Shown piece by piece: positions 30,432 to 40,151 of a stretch of 56,121 nucleotides of DNA (position 1 is its first letter; the number at the start of each line of letters is the position of its first letter). Position numbers and translations under genes: made by a program. This DNA comes from an uncultured virus (IMG/VR IMGVR_UViG_3300044530_000636) (lineage: Duplodnaviria; Heunggongvirae; Uroviricota; Caudoviricetes), in the IMG/VR virus record IMGVR_UViG_3300044530_000636; one strand, 5' to 3'. The notes under the pieces were generated by a model. The model was not told the origin of the DNA. It searched no databases and saw only the letters and a program-made list of their open reading frames with translations.

Positions 30432-31464
30432 TCACGCAGGAGTCAGAAATGACTCTATTGCGTTCCATGATTATATGAAAAAGTTTTATGATGATGTGTT
30501 TTTCAAATACCTCGATACAAATGGCATTCGAAACGTGGTTCATTGTGGGGATATTGTTGACCGTCGTAAGTATATTAATATTAATACTGCTTATCGTCTC
30601 AGAAAAGATTTGATCGAACCTGCTATTGAGCGTGGAATTACTTGGCATCAGATTCTAGGCAATCATGATGTCATGCATAAAAACACTAATAAGATTAGTT
30701 CTTTTACAGAACTTTTTAATAAGTTTCCACTAAATATTTACGAAGAAGCAACAGAAGTTGACTTTGACGGTTGCAATATTCTTCTAATGCCATGGATTAA
30801 CGATGAGAACAGAGAACATGCACTCAAGTTAATTAAGGAAACTAATGCTCAAATTTGTTTCGGACATCTTGAAATTCAAGGGTTTGAAATGTTTAAAGGA
30901 TCAATCGTATCTCACGGAGACGATCCGTCTGTGTTTGGACGTTTTGATATTGTTTGTTCTGGCCATTATCATCATAGGTCACACCGTGATAACATTTATT
31001 ATCTCGGTTCTCCTGCAGAGTATACTTGGTCTGATTACGATGATCCTCGAGGCTTTCATATATTTGACACAGAAACGAGAGAACTAACGTTCATCGAAAA
31101 CCCTTATAAGATGTTTCATAAGTTCTGGTATAACGACGGCGATCCAACGTTTGTGGATTCCGACATTGACTACAACCAATTTGAAGGTAAGATAATTAAA
31201 ATTATTATTACTGAAAAAAATAATCCTTATTGGTTTGAAAAGTTTATTGAGAATATCGAAAAGAAAAACCCTATTGATATTCAGATAGTAGAAGATCATT
31301 TGAATCTTAATCTTGAAGACGATCAGGATATTATCGACGAAGCAGAATCCACTATTGATATTTTTAAGAAGTATATTCAGAATACAGAAGCTAAAGGTAT
31401 TGATAAGAATAAATTAGAAAATAAAATTGTTGACTTATACCATGAGGCATTGACCTTAGAATAA
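30406..31464 (+). CDS. gp47: Recombination endonuclease subunit (Mre11/SbcD-like)
   Basis: TDSHAG, GDIVD, GNHD, SGHYH, YLGSP. Confidence 0.93.
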   Translation: MKIALLTDSHAGVRNDSIAFHDYMKKFYDDVFFKYLDTNGIRNVVHCGDIVDRRKYININTAYRLRKDLIEPAIERGITWHQILGNHDVMHKNTNKISSFTELFNKFPLNIYEEATEVDFDGCNILLMPWINDENREHALKLIKETNAQICFGHLEIQGFEMFKGSIVSHGDDPSVFGRFDIVCSGHYHHRSHRDNIYYLGSPAEYTWSDYDDPRGFHIFDTETRELTFIENPYKMFHKFWYNDGDPTFVDSDIDYNQFEGKIIKIIITEKNNPYWFEKFIENIEKKNPIDIQIVEDHLNLNLEDDQDIIDEAESTIDIFKKYIQNTEAKGIDKNKLENKIVDLYHEALTLE

Positions 31465-31475
31465 AGGAGAATAAT

Positions 31476-31619
31476 ATGTTCGAACTAACAGAAGAAACTA
31501 GAAATAATGTAATTGCTCTGCTTAGAGAGAAGATGGAAATTAGTCACTATACAGACGATGAACTAAACAGCATTATTGACGACGTGGTTAGTATTGTAAA
31601 GCAGCAGTTCGGATTCTAA
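31476..31619 (+). CDS. Hypothetical protein (47 aa, not in ORF track)
   Basis: AAGGAG RBS; MFELTEETRNN..QQFGF. Confidence 0.55.
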   Translation: MFELTEETRNNVIALLREKMEISHYTDDELNSIIDDVVSIVKQQFGF

Positions 31620-31620
31620 T

Positions 31621-31986
31621 ATGAATCTATTCCAAGAAGGAAATTTTATATCCCACGCTGGTAATGAATTACAATGGAAAATCGAATGCGATGCATTATC
31701 TGATGCAGACTGGGATTGTTTAGCAAGGATTATTCATGAACGTACTAGATTTGGTAGTGTTTACGGTATTCCTCGTGGCGGCATTAAACTGGCTACAGCG
31801 TTAGAGAAGTATATTACACCTGGACATCCACTACGTTTGGTTGTTGATGATGTATATACTACAGGTAAGTCAATGAAAGATGTAATGAAAGGGACGGATT
31901 TAGGTTTCGTTGTATTCGCCCGTAATCGTATTCCGTTCGACCCCCAGCATTACATTCGTGCCATATTTACTATGGATATTATATAA
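31621..31986 (+). CDS. Minimal type I phosphoribosyltransferase (OPRTase-like)
   Basis: GIPRGG and the PRPP loop LVVDDVYTTGKS. Confidence 0.75.
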   Translation: MNLFQEGNFISHAGNELQWKIECDALSDADWDCLARIIHERTRFGSVYGIPRGGIKLATALEKYITPGHPLRLVVDDVYTTGKSMKDVMKGTDLGFVVFARNRIPFDPQHYIRAIFTMDII

Positions 31987-32016
31987 TTATTAACAATATT
32001 TTGATATGGATATTGA

Positions 32017-33723
32017 ATGATTTATTTTAAAAAGTTACGATGGAAAAACTTTCTTTCAACAGGAAACATCTTCACAGAGATCGATCTAGCGGGCAAGGAC
32101 ACTACGCTTATCATTGGTCAGAATGGGGCTGGCAAATCCACGATTCTGGATGCTCTGACTTTTGGTCTTTTTGGAAAACCGTTCCGAAAGATCAACAAGC
32201 CGCAGCTTGTGAACACAATCACACAAAAGAATTGTTTGGTAGAGATAGAATTCTCAATAGGCACGGTTAATTATAAAATTATTCGTGGTATTAAACCTAA
32301 CGTATTCGAAGTTTACCAGAACGATAGCCTTTTAAATCAGTCAGCTGAAATGAAAGACTATCAAGAAATTCTAGAAAAACAAATTCTCAAAGTAAATCAA
32401 AGATCGTTTTGTCAGGTTGTCGTATTAGGTTCGGCGACCTTTCAACCGTTCATGCAATTGCCAGCTGGTCAACGTAGAGATATTATTGAAGAACTTCTAG
32501 ATCTGCAGATATTTACGGTTATGAATTCGTTGTTAAAAGATAAGGTAGCAATCAATAACGACGCCATTAATAGTAAGTATGCAGAAAAAAATCTTGTTGA
32601 GTCTAAGATTGAGATGACCAACGAGCACCTTAAAGAGATTCATCATAACAATGAAAAACTTATTTCTGAAAAAGAAGTTCTCATTAAAGAAACTACAGAT
32701 CATATTCTAGAAATGAGAGAAAAGTATACGTTCTTTGAAGATCAGATCTCTTCTCTCGAGATGCAAATAAAAGACAACGAGAGCGTTAATAAGAAAATTG
32801 AGAAGTTAAAGAAACTTCGTCATCAAATAGAAGCTAAAGTGGAATTGATGAAGAAGGATATGAATTTCTTTAATGATAATGATAATTGTCCTACATGTAA
32901 ACAGACTATCAGTTCTGACCATAAAAAAGTTATGGTAAAGGATAATGAGACAGAAATAGAAAAGCTGAATGCGGGGTTGACTCAGCTAACTATTGAATTT
33001 AATACTACCAAAGATCGTTTAGATAAAATCTTAGAAATTCAGAGTAACATTCAAAGATTTGAAATTAAAAAAGCTGAATGTAAAACAACGGTTAATTCAT
33101 TATCCAAATATGTAAATCAACTTCAGGCTGAGATTGATAATATCAATCAAACTCAAGAAGAAGCCAAAGAAACTAAGATTGTTGATTTTGAAAACGAGTT
33201 GAAAGAAATAGAAATAAAGTATAACGAGCTTGTAGAAGATAAACATATTCTTATGGCGGCAGGAACTTTGTTGAAGGATGGCGGTATTAAATCCAGAATT
33301 ATTAAACAATATATACCAGTAATCAATAAACTTATTAACAAATATCTTTCGGCTATGGACTTTTTCGTTTCATTCGAACTTGATGGTGAGTTTAACGAAA
33401 CCATTAAATCAAGATACAGAGATAATTTTACTTACGCTTCTTTCTCTGAAGGCGAGAAACAGAAGATTGATTTGGCCCTTCTGTTTACTTGGAGAGCTAT
33501 CGCTAAGATGCGTAACTCTATCAACACCAATCTATTGATTATGGACGAGGTGTTTGATTCTTCTCTTGATCAGAACGCTACGGATTATTTGTTTAATATT
33601 ATTAATGATGTTGCCAAGGATAATAATATTTTTATTATTTCGCATAAAGATCATATGAATGAAAAATTCAGTAATGTAATTAGATTCATAAAAAATAAAA
33701 ACTTTTCGCAGATGCAGGTGTAA
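32017..33723 (+). CDS. gp46: Recombination endonuclease ATPase subunit (Rad50/SbcC-like)
   Basis: GQNGAGKST, CPTC zinc hook, FSEGEKQKID, IMDEVFD. Confidence 0.95.
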   Translation: MIYFKKLRWKNFLSTGNIFTEIDLAGKDTTLIIGQNGAGKSTILDALTFGLFGKPFRKINKPQLVNTITQKNCLVEIEFSIGTVNYKIIRGIKPNVFEVYQNDSLLNQSAEMKDYQEILEKQILKVNQRSFCQVVVLGSATFQPFMQLPAGQRRDIIEELLDLQIFTVMNSLLKDKVAINNDAINSKYAEKNLVESKIEMTNEHLKEIHHNNEKLISEKEVLIKETTDHILEMREKYTFFEDQISSLEMQIKDNESVNKKIEKLKKLRHQIEAKVELMKKDMNFFNDNDNCPTCKQTISSDHKKVMVKDNETEIEKLNAGLTQLTIEFNTTKDRLDKILEIQSNIQRFEIKKAECKTTVNSLSKYVNQLQAEIDNINQTQEEAKETKIVDFENELKEIEIKYNELVEDKHILMAAGTLLKDGGIKSRIIKQYIPVINKLINKYLSAMDFFVSFELDGEFNETIKSRYRDNFTYASFSEGEKQKIDLALLFTWRAIAKMRNSINTNLLIMDEVFDSSLDQNATDYLFNIINDVAKDNNIFIISHKDHMNEKFSNVIRFIKNKNFSQMQV

Positions 33724-33724
33724 T

Positions 33725-34222
33725 ATGGAACTTGATGATAGATACCTTACAGAAGTATGTAAAGAGTTTGATTTTAATAACCCACAAATTGACCCTTTAG
33801 AGTTCGCACAAGAACTTGTAAAAACTATGTATGAAAAGAACGGTCTGGGATTAGCTGCTAATCAGGTAGGATATCCTTGGCGTGTGTTTGCCATGCGTGG
33901 TGCTCCAGAGAACTTTGTTTGTTTCAATCCAAAGATCGTTAAACCTAGTGAAGCAGAGATCTCTTTAGAAGAAGGATGCTTGTCTTTTCCTGGATTGTTA
34001 GTTAAGATAAAAAGACCTCAGCATGTCCGTGTTAGATTCACGACCCCTAATGGGGATACTAGAACACAACAGTTTACTGGTATGTCTGCTAGAGTATTCC
34101 AGCATGAGATGGATCATCTAGACGGTATTCGTTTCTATGATAGAGCAAATAGATTCCACAGGGAGAAAGCTCTGAACAAGTGGCGTCGTGGAGAGAAAAC
34201 AGAAATGAGGATTAGAGCATGA
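33725..34222 (+). CDS. def: Peptide deformylase
   Basis: GLGLAANQ, EGCLS, QHEMDHLDG. Confidence 0.95.
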   Translation: MELDDRYLTEVCKEFDFNNPQIDPLEFAQELVKTMYEKNGLGLAANQVGYPWRVFAMRGAPENFVCFNPKIVKPSEAEISLEEGCLSFPGLLVKIKRPQHVRVRFTTPNGDTRTQQFTGMSARVFQHEMDHLDGIRFYDRANRFHREKALNKWRRGEKTEMRIRA

Positions 34223-34353
34223 AGTATTTTGATTTTGATAAACTAGAACAATGGGCTGATTTGTTGGATCGTGGTCAACAAACAATTTTGCTTGCTATTA
34301 TTATATTTTTAGTTTATACTTGGGTTAAATTGTTCTTGTCTTGGGATAACTAA
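34219..34353 (+). CDS. Small membrane protein (44 aa, not in ORF track)
   Basis: ATGA/TAATG-coupled to both neighbours; hydrophobic ILLAIIIFLVYTWV. Confidence 0.5.
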   Translation: MKYFDFDKLEQWADLLDRGQQTILLAIIIFLVYTWVKLFLSWDN

Positions 34354-34916
34354 TGAATATCTTTTATCTTTCTGATAATCCTGTAGAAGCTGCCGAGTGG
34401 ATGGTAGATCGTCACGTTGTTAAGATGATCCTCGAATCTGCTCAGCTGCTTTCGACTGCACATCGTGTTCTTGATGGTAAAGAAATACAGTTAGAAGTTC
34501 AGATCGAACAAGAAGATGGCACTTTTAAAACGAAAAAGAAAAAATGGTGGTTACTTGGAGATGGTCGTGAAGACATACTATATTCAGCTACGCACATTAA
34601 TCATCCGAGTTGTGTATGGACTCGGGCAAGTGTCGAGAATTATAATTGGCTCGTAGATCATTTCTTCGCTCTTATGAAGGAATATACATATCGTTATGAG
34701 AAAGAACATAAGTGTTTTGGTGAGTTGAGTTTTGCTTTGTGCACTCCTCCCAAAAATTTAGAAGAATACGATATGACTCTTATGCCATCTGCTATGGCCG
34801 ATGAATATAAAATTTCAGAAGATCCTATTGTAAACTATCGTAATTATTATAAGATGGGTAAGACTCATCTTCATAGTTGGAAAAAACGTAACCCTCCGGA
34901 GTGGATGTATGTCTAA
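34353..34916 (+). CDS. Pyrimidine-dimer DNA glycosylase-like protein (DenV-related family)
   Basis: MNIFYL..HVVKMILESAQLLSTAH, THINHP..W, YRNYY. Confidence 0.75.
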   Translation: MNIFYLSDNPVEAAEWMVDRHVVKMILESAQLLSTAHRVLDGKEIQLEVQIEQEDGTFKTKKKKWWLLGDGREDILYSATHINHPSCVWTRASVENYNWLVDHFFALMKEYTYRYEKEHKCFGELSFALCTPPKNLEEYDMTLMPSAMADEYKISEDPIVNYRNYYKMGKTHLHSWKKRNPPEWMYV

Positions 34917-35289
34917 TATGTATCAAGATGTAAAAGAATTTCAAACAGCAGTTGGTCAGAATATTGGTCAGGCTCCAGTGTTCCCTGAACCCGCAGAACG
35001 TGAATTGCGTATTAAACTTTTGAAAGAAGAATACGAAGAATACATACAAGGTGAATGCAAAAATGACTTGGAAAACATCGCTAAAGAGCTTGCTGATATT
35101 ATTTACATTGTCTGTGGGACTGCTGCATCTTACGGTATTCCCTTGGATAGAGTCTTCGACGAAGTCCATAGATCGAACATGGCAAAATTAGTTGATGGTA
35201 AAGTTATTCGTCGTGATGATGGTAAGATTCTAAAGCCAGAAGGATGGACCCCTCCTGACATTAAATCTATTCTTTATGGAGTTGAGTGA
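34909..35289 (+). CDS. MazG-like (PRA-PH-type) NTP pyrophosphohydrolase
   Basis: LLKEEYEE..KELADIIY..FDEVHRSNMAK..RDDGKILKP. Confidence 0.85.
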   Translation: MSNMYQDVKEFQTAVGQNIGQAPVFPEPAERELRIKLLKEEYEEYIQGECKNDLENIAKELADIIYIVCGTAASYGIPLDRVFDEVHRSNMAKLVDGKVIRRDDGKILKPEGWTPPDIKSILYGVE

Positions 35290-36659
35290 TGGTAAGACGT
35301 ATTGTCGCCAAGAATAAAATTGATTGCGAACATCTTCTGGGTCAGTTTGTCGATGAAAGTAATTACGATATTCTAATCGAAGAAGACACTGATTGTTATA
35401 TGCCCCCGCTCTGCGATCCTCTCGAAAAAGCTGAGTGTGGTATGGCTGCTTGCGATACTTGTGAAAAGGGCAATGACGAATTGCGTATTGCTTTCAAGTT
35501 TCGTAAAAACTATTTCAGTCAAGAAGAACAGGATATGGCTTATCGTGGCTTGAGAGAAGCTGCGACTGAAAGCCAGAATCGTGGCCATGCTGCTGGTCCT
35601 CGTGGTGAAATGCTTGCAGCGCAAAGCCGTGGTGGTAGAGATTGGGTTACTCCATATCAGATGGAGATACTAGAGTTCCTTATGAATGATGGTGCATCTC
35701 TTATTGATGATACATCAATCGAATCCATCAGAGAAAAATATAAAAACGGTGGTCCAAAAGGTGCTGAAGAAACACGTGGTGTTGTTTGGTTGCGTTCAGA
35801 GGTAACAAAGGTTTATCCAGAATATCATGATTGGTTTGATAAATGGGTGGATGGCCTAAGTAATAAACCACAGGAGGAAATTCATGCCGAAGCAAGAATG
35901 GTCGCAGAAAAGTGGGCTTCTGCCACTAATTACGCACAATCCGTATTCTCAGGTGTTGCTGGTTGGTACGATCGTTACCCTCGCATTCCTTACGGGCGTG
36001 CAACGTCATACACTGAAAAGCATCCAGAACTTTTCGAACTGGCATACCCATTCCTCCAATCACTGAATAAGGGTTTCAAGGAATTACTACCTTGGCGTTG
36101 GGGTAATCAGCGAGCAGCTGCAGATAAGTTAGATCCTCGGTTCCTTGTACCAGAAACTGTATTTACCACAATTACAGTTAATAAAACTTTCCGCACTGCC
36201 TGTCATCGAGACGCTGGTGATCTTGATGCTGGTCTTTCTAATCTACTCGTTCTAGGCACAGGAGAATATACTGGTGGCTATCTCGTATTTCCTGAGTATC
36301 GTGTTGCTGTTAATGTTCGTCCCGGTGATTTGCTCCTTGTTAACAACCACGAAATCATTCATGGTAATACTCCTATTGTTCTTAACAATCCGGATGATTC
36401 TACTTGTGAAAGAATCTCAGTAATTTGTTACTTCCGTGAGAAGATGCTAGAACTAAAGTCTTATGAGTATGAAGCGTTACGTAAACAATATGTCGAAGAA
36501 CGTCGTATGAATAAGGCTCATCCACTTCAGCGTCCACTATGGAATGGCGTCTCTCCTGGAATGTGGGATGACAAAGAATGGTATGAATATCTTCATGCTC
36601 ATAATATGAAAGATCCATACGGTAAAGACGCTGCTGCTTCATTGGAGTCATTCTTCTAA
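35286..36659 (+). CDS. TET/JBP-family 2OG-Fe(II) nucleic-acid base oxygenase
   Basis: FTTITVNKTFRTACHRDAGD..GGYLVFPEY..PGDLLL..IHGNTP..RISVICYFRE. Confidence 0.8.
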   Translation: MMVRRIVAKNKIDCEHLLGQFVDESNYDILIEEDTDCYMPPLCDPLEKAECGMAACDTCEKGNDELRIAFKFRKNYFSQEEQDMAYRGLREAATESQNRGHAAGPRGEMLAAQSRGGRDWVTPYQMEILEFLMNDGASLIDDTSIESIREKYKNGGPKGAEETRGVVWLRSEVTKVYPEYHDWFDKWVDGLSNKPQEEIHAEARMVAEKWASATNYAQSVFSGVAGWYDRYPRIPYGRATSYTEKHPELFELAYPFLQSLNKGFKELLPWRWGNQRAAADKLDPRFLVPETVFTTITVNKTFRTACHRDAGDLDAGLSNLLVLGTGEYTGGYLVFPEYRVAVNVRPGDLLLVNNHEIIHGNTPIVLNNPDDSTCERISVICYFREKMLELKSYEYEALRKQYVEERRMNKAHPLQRPLWNGVSPGMWDDKEWYEYLHAHNMKDPYGKDAAASLESFF

Positions 36660-37342
36660 TGTGCGGAGTGCTAGGAATAGCGATCAAGAAGCCGAGCGAG
36701 CAGGAATTCGAACTTGTTCGTCGGCTTTTTGTTCAGTCAATGATCCGTGGTAAACATGCCACTGGTGTATCATATGTCAAAGATGGCAAGGTTCACACTA
36801 TTAAAGAACCTGTTAATGCTTGCACATTCATAAACAATCAAGATATTCCTAGTTGGGTTAATGAAGATGGCAATCTATATTGTATTGGTCATGTTCGTTA
36901 CTCAACTAGCGATCTTGCTTACAATCAACCAATGGCAACCGAAGAACTTTCTATTGTTCATAATGGAGTTATCTCTCAGGAGAATCCAGAACAATGGAAA
37001 GAAACATTTGGTTATGATGTTATCACAAAGAATGATAGCGAACTTATTCTTCGTTGTTTAGAGAAAGGCGAACTCCCTTTACATAAGTTCCATCCTGCAA
37101 GCATGTCGGTTTGCACTCTTGATAAAGATAAAGTAATTACTGCTTTCCGTAACGAAGCCAGACCATTGCATTATTCTTATGGAGCAAATGGTATTATATT
37201 TGCATCAACAGCAGATATTCTAAAAAGAAGCGGATTAGATATTCAAGTAGCTGCTCCTATGTTTGAACATTTCATTATTGATAATTTCAAAGTTATAAGC
37301 TATAATAGGTATGAGTTTCCATCAATCGAGGACTTACAGTGA
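36659..37342 (+). CDS. Class-II glutamine amidotransferase (Ntn hydrolase)
   Basis: N-terminal MCGV, RGKHATG, GHVRYST, NQP, HNGVI, NDSE. Confidence 0.88.
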   Translation: MCGVLGIAIKKPSEQEFELVRRLFVQSMIRGKHATGVSYVKDGKVHTIKEPVNACTFINNQDIPSWVNEDGNLYCIGHVRYSTSDLAYNQPMATEELSIVHNGVISQENPEQWKETFGYDVITKNDSELILRCLEKGELPLHKFHPASMSVCTLDKDKVITAFRNEARPLHYSYGANGIIFASTADILKRSGLDIQVAAPMFEHFIIDNFKVISYNRYEFPSIEDLQ

Positions 37343-37980
37343 TATTTTTAACAGCAGATCAAGTTAATGGTATAATTGAAAAGTCTCCAGAAGGTAGAAA
37401 CACAAACTTTTTAAAAGCTGCACATTCACTATGGTTCAGGTTTAAGAACTACGATAAAGCACCGCCTGTTGCTCTTGAAGTAGATAATGAAATAGTTTCT
37501 ATTATCTTTGCAACATACAATCGTTCTGGATATACTAACCTGTATGAGATTGTAACTGTCCAAGGTAAAGAAGGTAAGGGTTACGCTTCCAAGATTTGGG
37601 AAGAATATATCTCATACGCAGTCAAAGAAAAACGTTCTGATAGATTAAAGATATCTTGCACGCCTTCTTCTGTTACATGGCATATGAGAAATGGTCTTTT
37701 ATTTTGGGCTGTTGATCCTACTGGTTCTCTTCGTTCTGATCAAAAATTATTTCCTACAAGAAAAGAGCAATTAGAATATCAACAGTATGGAGTTAATAAC
37801 CCTACTCAGGTGTTGCCACCAGAAAAAGTCATCGAACAATTTCTTTCTGAAGGTTTAGAGAATCATAATTTTGGCACAAAAAAGAAAACAAAGGTAGAAG
37901 AAGCAATAAATTCTGTTGGAAAGTATTGGTTGCGCTCTGCATTATATAACAATTCGTCCCTTGAAAGTTTCTTGAGTTGA
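37339..37980 (+). CDS. GNAT-like acetyltransferase
   Basis: Acetyl-CoA motif A-like LYEIVTVQGKEGKGYASKI. Confidence 0.65.
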   Translation: MIFLTADQVNGIIEKSPEGRNTNFLKAAHSLWFRFKNYDKAPPVALEVDNEIVSIIFATYNRSGYTNLYEIVTVQGKEGKGYASKIWEEYISYAVKEKRSDRLKISCTPSSVTWHMRNGLLFWAVDPTGSLRSDQKLFPTRKEQLEYQQYGVNNPTQVLPPEKVIEQFLSEGLENHNFGTKKKTKVEEAINSVGKYWLRSALYNNSSLESFLS

Positions 37981-38954
37981 AAGTTAAACAAGACTTTATT
38001 AATTGGTATAAGTGGTCACTTTCCATTAAGGATTGCGATCCGGCGATATTCATGACCAATTATCTTTTCAAAAGATTTGAGCATAACAGAGAACAAAAAC
38101 TCTGGATTGCTTGGATCTACGGCACAACGTATTATTTTCCAACAACATGGGTGATATGGAATGAGTTTCCTGATATGGAACTTGTTGGTCTTGATCGCCT
38201 AAAGGATTGGAACAATAAGAATTATAAACGCCTACGTTATCAAACAGACACTAAATGGAACAAAGGACATTTACCTGCGCAGTTTGAATCGTATAAGAAC
38301 TGGGTTGGAGATCGTTCCCAGATAGAAGCGTTTCGTCCGTTTCTTACTGGAACGCCAAGAGAAAACTTTGATATGCTATGGGATGAAGTGAAAACCAAGT
38401 TCCATAAGTTCGGTAGATATTCTACTTGGTTCTATTTACAAACATTAAAACAGTGTTGTGATCTGCCTATTGAACCTGGTAATCTAATGCTAGAAGATCA
38501 TTCAGGTTCTCGTTCTCATCGTAACGGTTTATGCCTCGCTGTTGGATTAGATCAATGGTATGATCAAAAACTAAATGCCAAACAGATAAACTATTTGGAC
38601 GGTCAGGCATATTATATTCTAAAAGAAGTTCAAGAGGAATTTCCTGACACTGATTATTTCGATATGGAAACGTGTCTTTGTTCTTTTAAAAAGTTATTCA
38701 GAGTAAAACATGGTCGTTACCTGAGTTACTATCTTGATCGTCAGGCAGAAGAAATTGCTCAATGTGAAAAGGATGGCTGGGATGGTATTGATTGGCAACC
38801 AATGTGGGACGCTCGAAATGAAACTCTAAATAATAAACTGTTGACAAACAAGATTGACAATAGTAAAATGGCTTTATATATTGAGAATGGCGTTCTAGAT
38901 TGCACAGGTTTGTTTGTTGAACCTGAGAGTGTCGGTATTGAAAGGTTTATGTAA
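37977..38954 (+). CDS. Amino-acid:DNA transferase (aGPT-Pplase2/AADT-like, HhH-glycosylase fold)
   Basis: KFGRYSTWFYLQTL helix-hairpin-helix, METCLCSFKK, GRYL.YY; adjacent P-loop kinase. Confidence 0.72.
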   Translation: MKVKQDFINWYKWSLSIKDCDPAIFMTNYLFKRFEHNREQKLWIAWIYGTTYYFPTTWVIWNEFPDMELVGLDRLKDWNNKNYKRLRYQTDTKWNKGHLPAQFESYKNWVGDRSQIEAFRPFLTGTPRENFDMLWDEVKTKFHKFGRYSTWFYLQTLKQCCDLPIEPGNLMLEDHSGSRSHRNGLCLAVGLDQWYDQKLNAKQINYLDGQAYYILKEVQEEFPDTDYFDMETCLCSFKKLFRVKHGRYLSYYLDRQAEEIAQCEKDGWDGIDWQPMWDARNETLNNKLLTNKIDNSKMALYIENGVLDCTGLFVEPESVGIERFM

Positions 38955-39493
38955 TGAAAGTGATTGCGATTGGTGGTGAGCCAGGTGCTGGCAAGTCTAC
39001 GTTAATGAAAGAAATTCTTACTAAGTTTGTTTGGTCTAAGATTTATGATAGCGTGAAGCTCGTTCCCTATCTTCAGTATGGAAAATATTATATTCTTGGT
39101 AAGTATGACGAAGGCGAAACCTTCTCGGGTACAGACCGTATGTCAATGGCGGTTCAGCCAGAAGCAATTAAATTCCTAGCAAGTTTAGATAAAGATGCGG
39201 TCGTTCTTTTCGAAGGCGATCGTCTTTTCACGTCAACGTTCCTAGAACATTGTGTTGAGAATTACGATACTGAAATCATTTATCTAGAAACTGATAAGGA
39301 AGTTCGCCAAGAGCGATACAAGGAACGTGGTAGCAATCAGAACGAAACTTGGTTGCAGGGTCGTGAAACTAAGATTGCTAATATTATGACAAACATGACT
39401 CTGATGTTTAACACTAATAGATATAAAAATAATAACAAAGACGATCAGAAATTTATTATTGAAGATATTATGAATAAATTGGAGAACTCATGA
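38954..39493 (+). CDS. P-loop kinase (candidate hydroxymethyl-pyrimidine DNA kinase)
   Basis: GGEPGAGKST, LGKY..FSGTDRMS, FEGDRL, RYKERGS. Confidence 0.75.
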   Translation: MKVIAIGGEPGAGKSTLMKEILTKFVWSKIYDSVKLVPYLQYGKYYILGKYDEGETFSGTDRMSMAVQPEAIKFLASLDKDAVVLFEGDRLFTSTFLEHCVENYDTEIIYLETDKEVRQERYKERGSNQNETWLQGRETKIANIMTNMTLMFNTNRYKNNNKDDQKFIIEDIMNKLENS

Positions 39494-39933
39494 CCAAAAC
39501 TTATAGATTTGAGAATGGCGATTATTATGGTCAACCGCTTTCTGCGTCAGCGCAGGCAATTGGTGCAACTGGTCCTACTGGTGCTGTTGGTTCAAAGCGA
39601 CAAGAAGATCCTTATGTTGGAATGAGCATGGATCCGCCAATTGCTTCAACTTGGCCGCCTAAATATAAATATAAGGAAGACGAAATTATTCGTGACTTCC
39701 ACGCCTATATCGACAAGACATATGGGCAACATTATATGACTGAAGAGCAAAATATAGAATGTTTCGACGTGTGGCTCGCCCTCGGTGATTCTATGCCTAC
39801 CTTCCGAAACACAGCTATTAAGTATCTCTGGCGCTACGGTAAGAAGAACGGTAGCAACAAAGCAGATCTTATGAAGGTTCTTCATTACACTCTTATGATG
39901 TTATACAACGATCATTATAAGGATAAGAAATGA
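39490..39933 (+). CDS. DUF3310-like protein (T7 gp1.7 nucleotide-kinase-related)
   Basis: QHY..IECFD..AIKYLWRYGKKNG..DLMK. Confidence 0.7.
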   Translation: MTKTYRFENGDYYGQPLSASAQAIGATGPTGAVGSKRQEDPYVGMSMDPPIASTWPPKYKYKEDEIIRDFHAYIDKTYGQHYMTEEQNIECFDVWLALGDSMPTFRNTAIKYLWRYGKKNGSNKADLMKVLHYTLMMLYNDHYKDKK

Positions 39934-40139
39934 AAGAATTGAAAGATTTTCATGATCATAACGAGCGTAGACATAGAGAATATATGTCTCATTTTATTAA
40001 TCTAGGAACAGGCATTGCTTGTCCTCATTGTGGAGATGAATTACAAGATACAAATCCCTCAGTAGTAACAACTTCGCTTCCTCCACAAAAAGCAGTTCAT
40101 TGTAATACTTGTAAGTTTAAAAGTTTTATAGTAGCATAA
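39930..40139 (+). CDS. Small zinc-ribbon protein
   Basis: CPHC..CNTC. Confidence 0.6.
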   Translation: MKELKDFHDHNERRHREYMSHFINLGTGIACPHCGDELQDTNPSVVTTSLPPQKAVHCNTCKFKSFIVA

Positions 40140-40151
40140 GAAAGGTATATA

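Noticed and set aside
15140..33723. Introns or inteins in terminase, portal, capsid, uvsW or gp46
   Set aside because: ORFs are continuous, of near-normal length, with no intein terminal motifs seen
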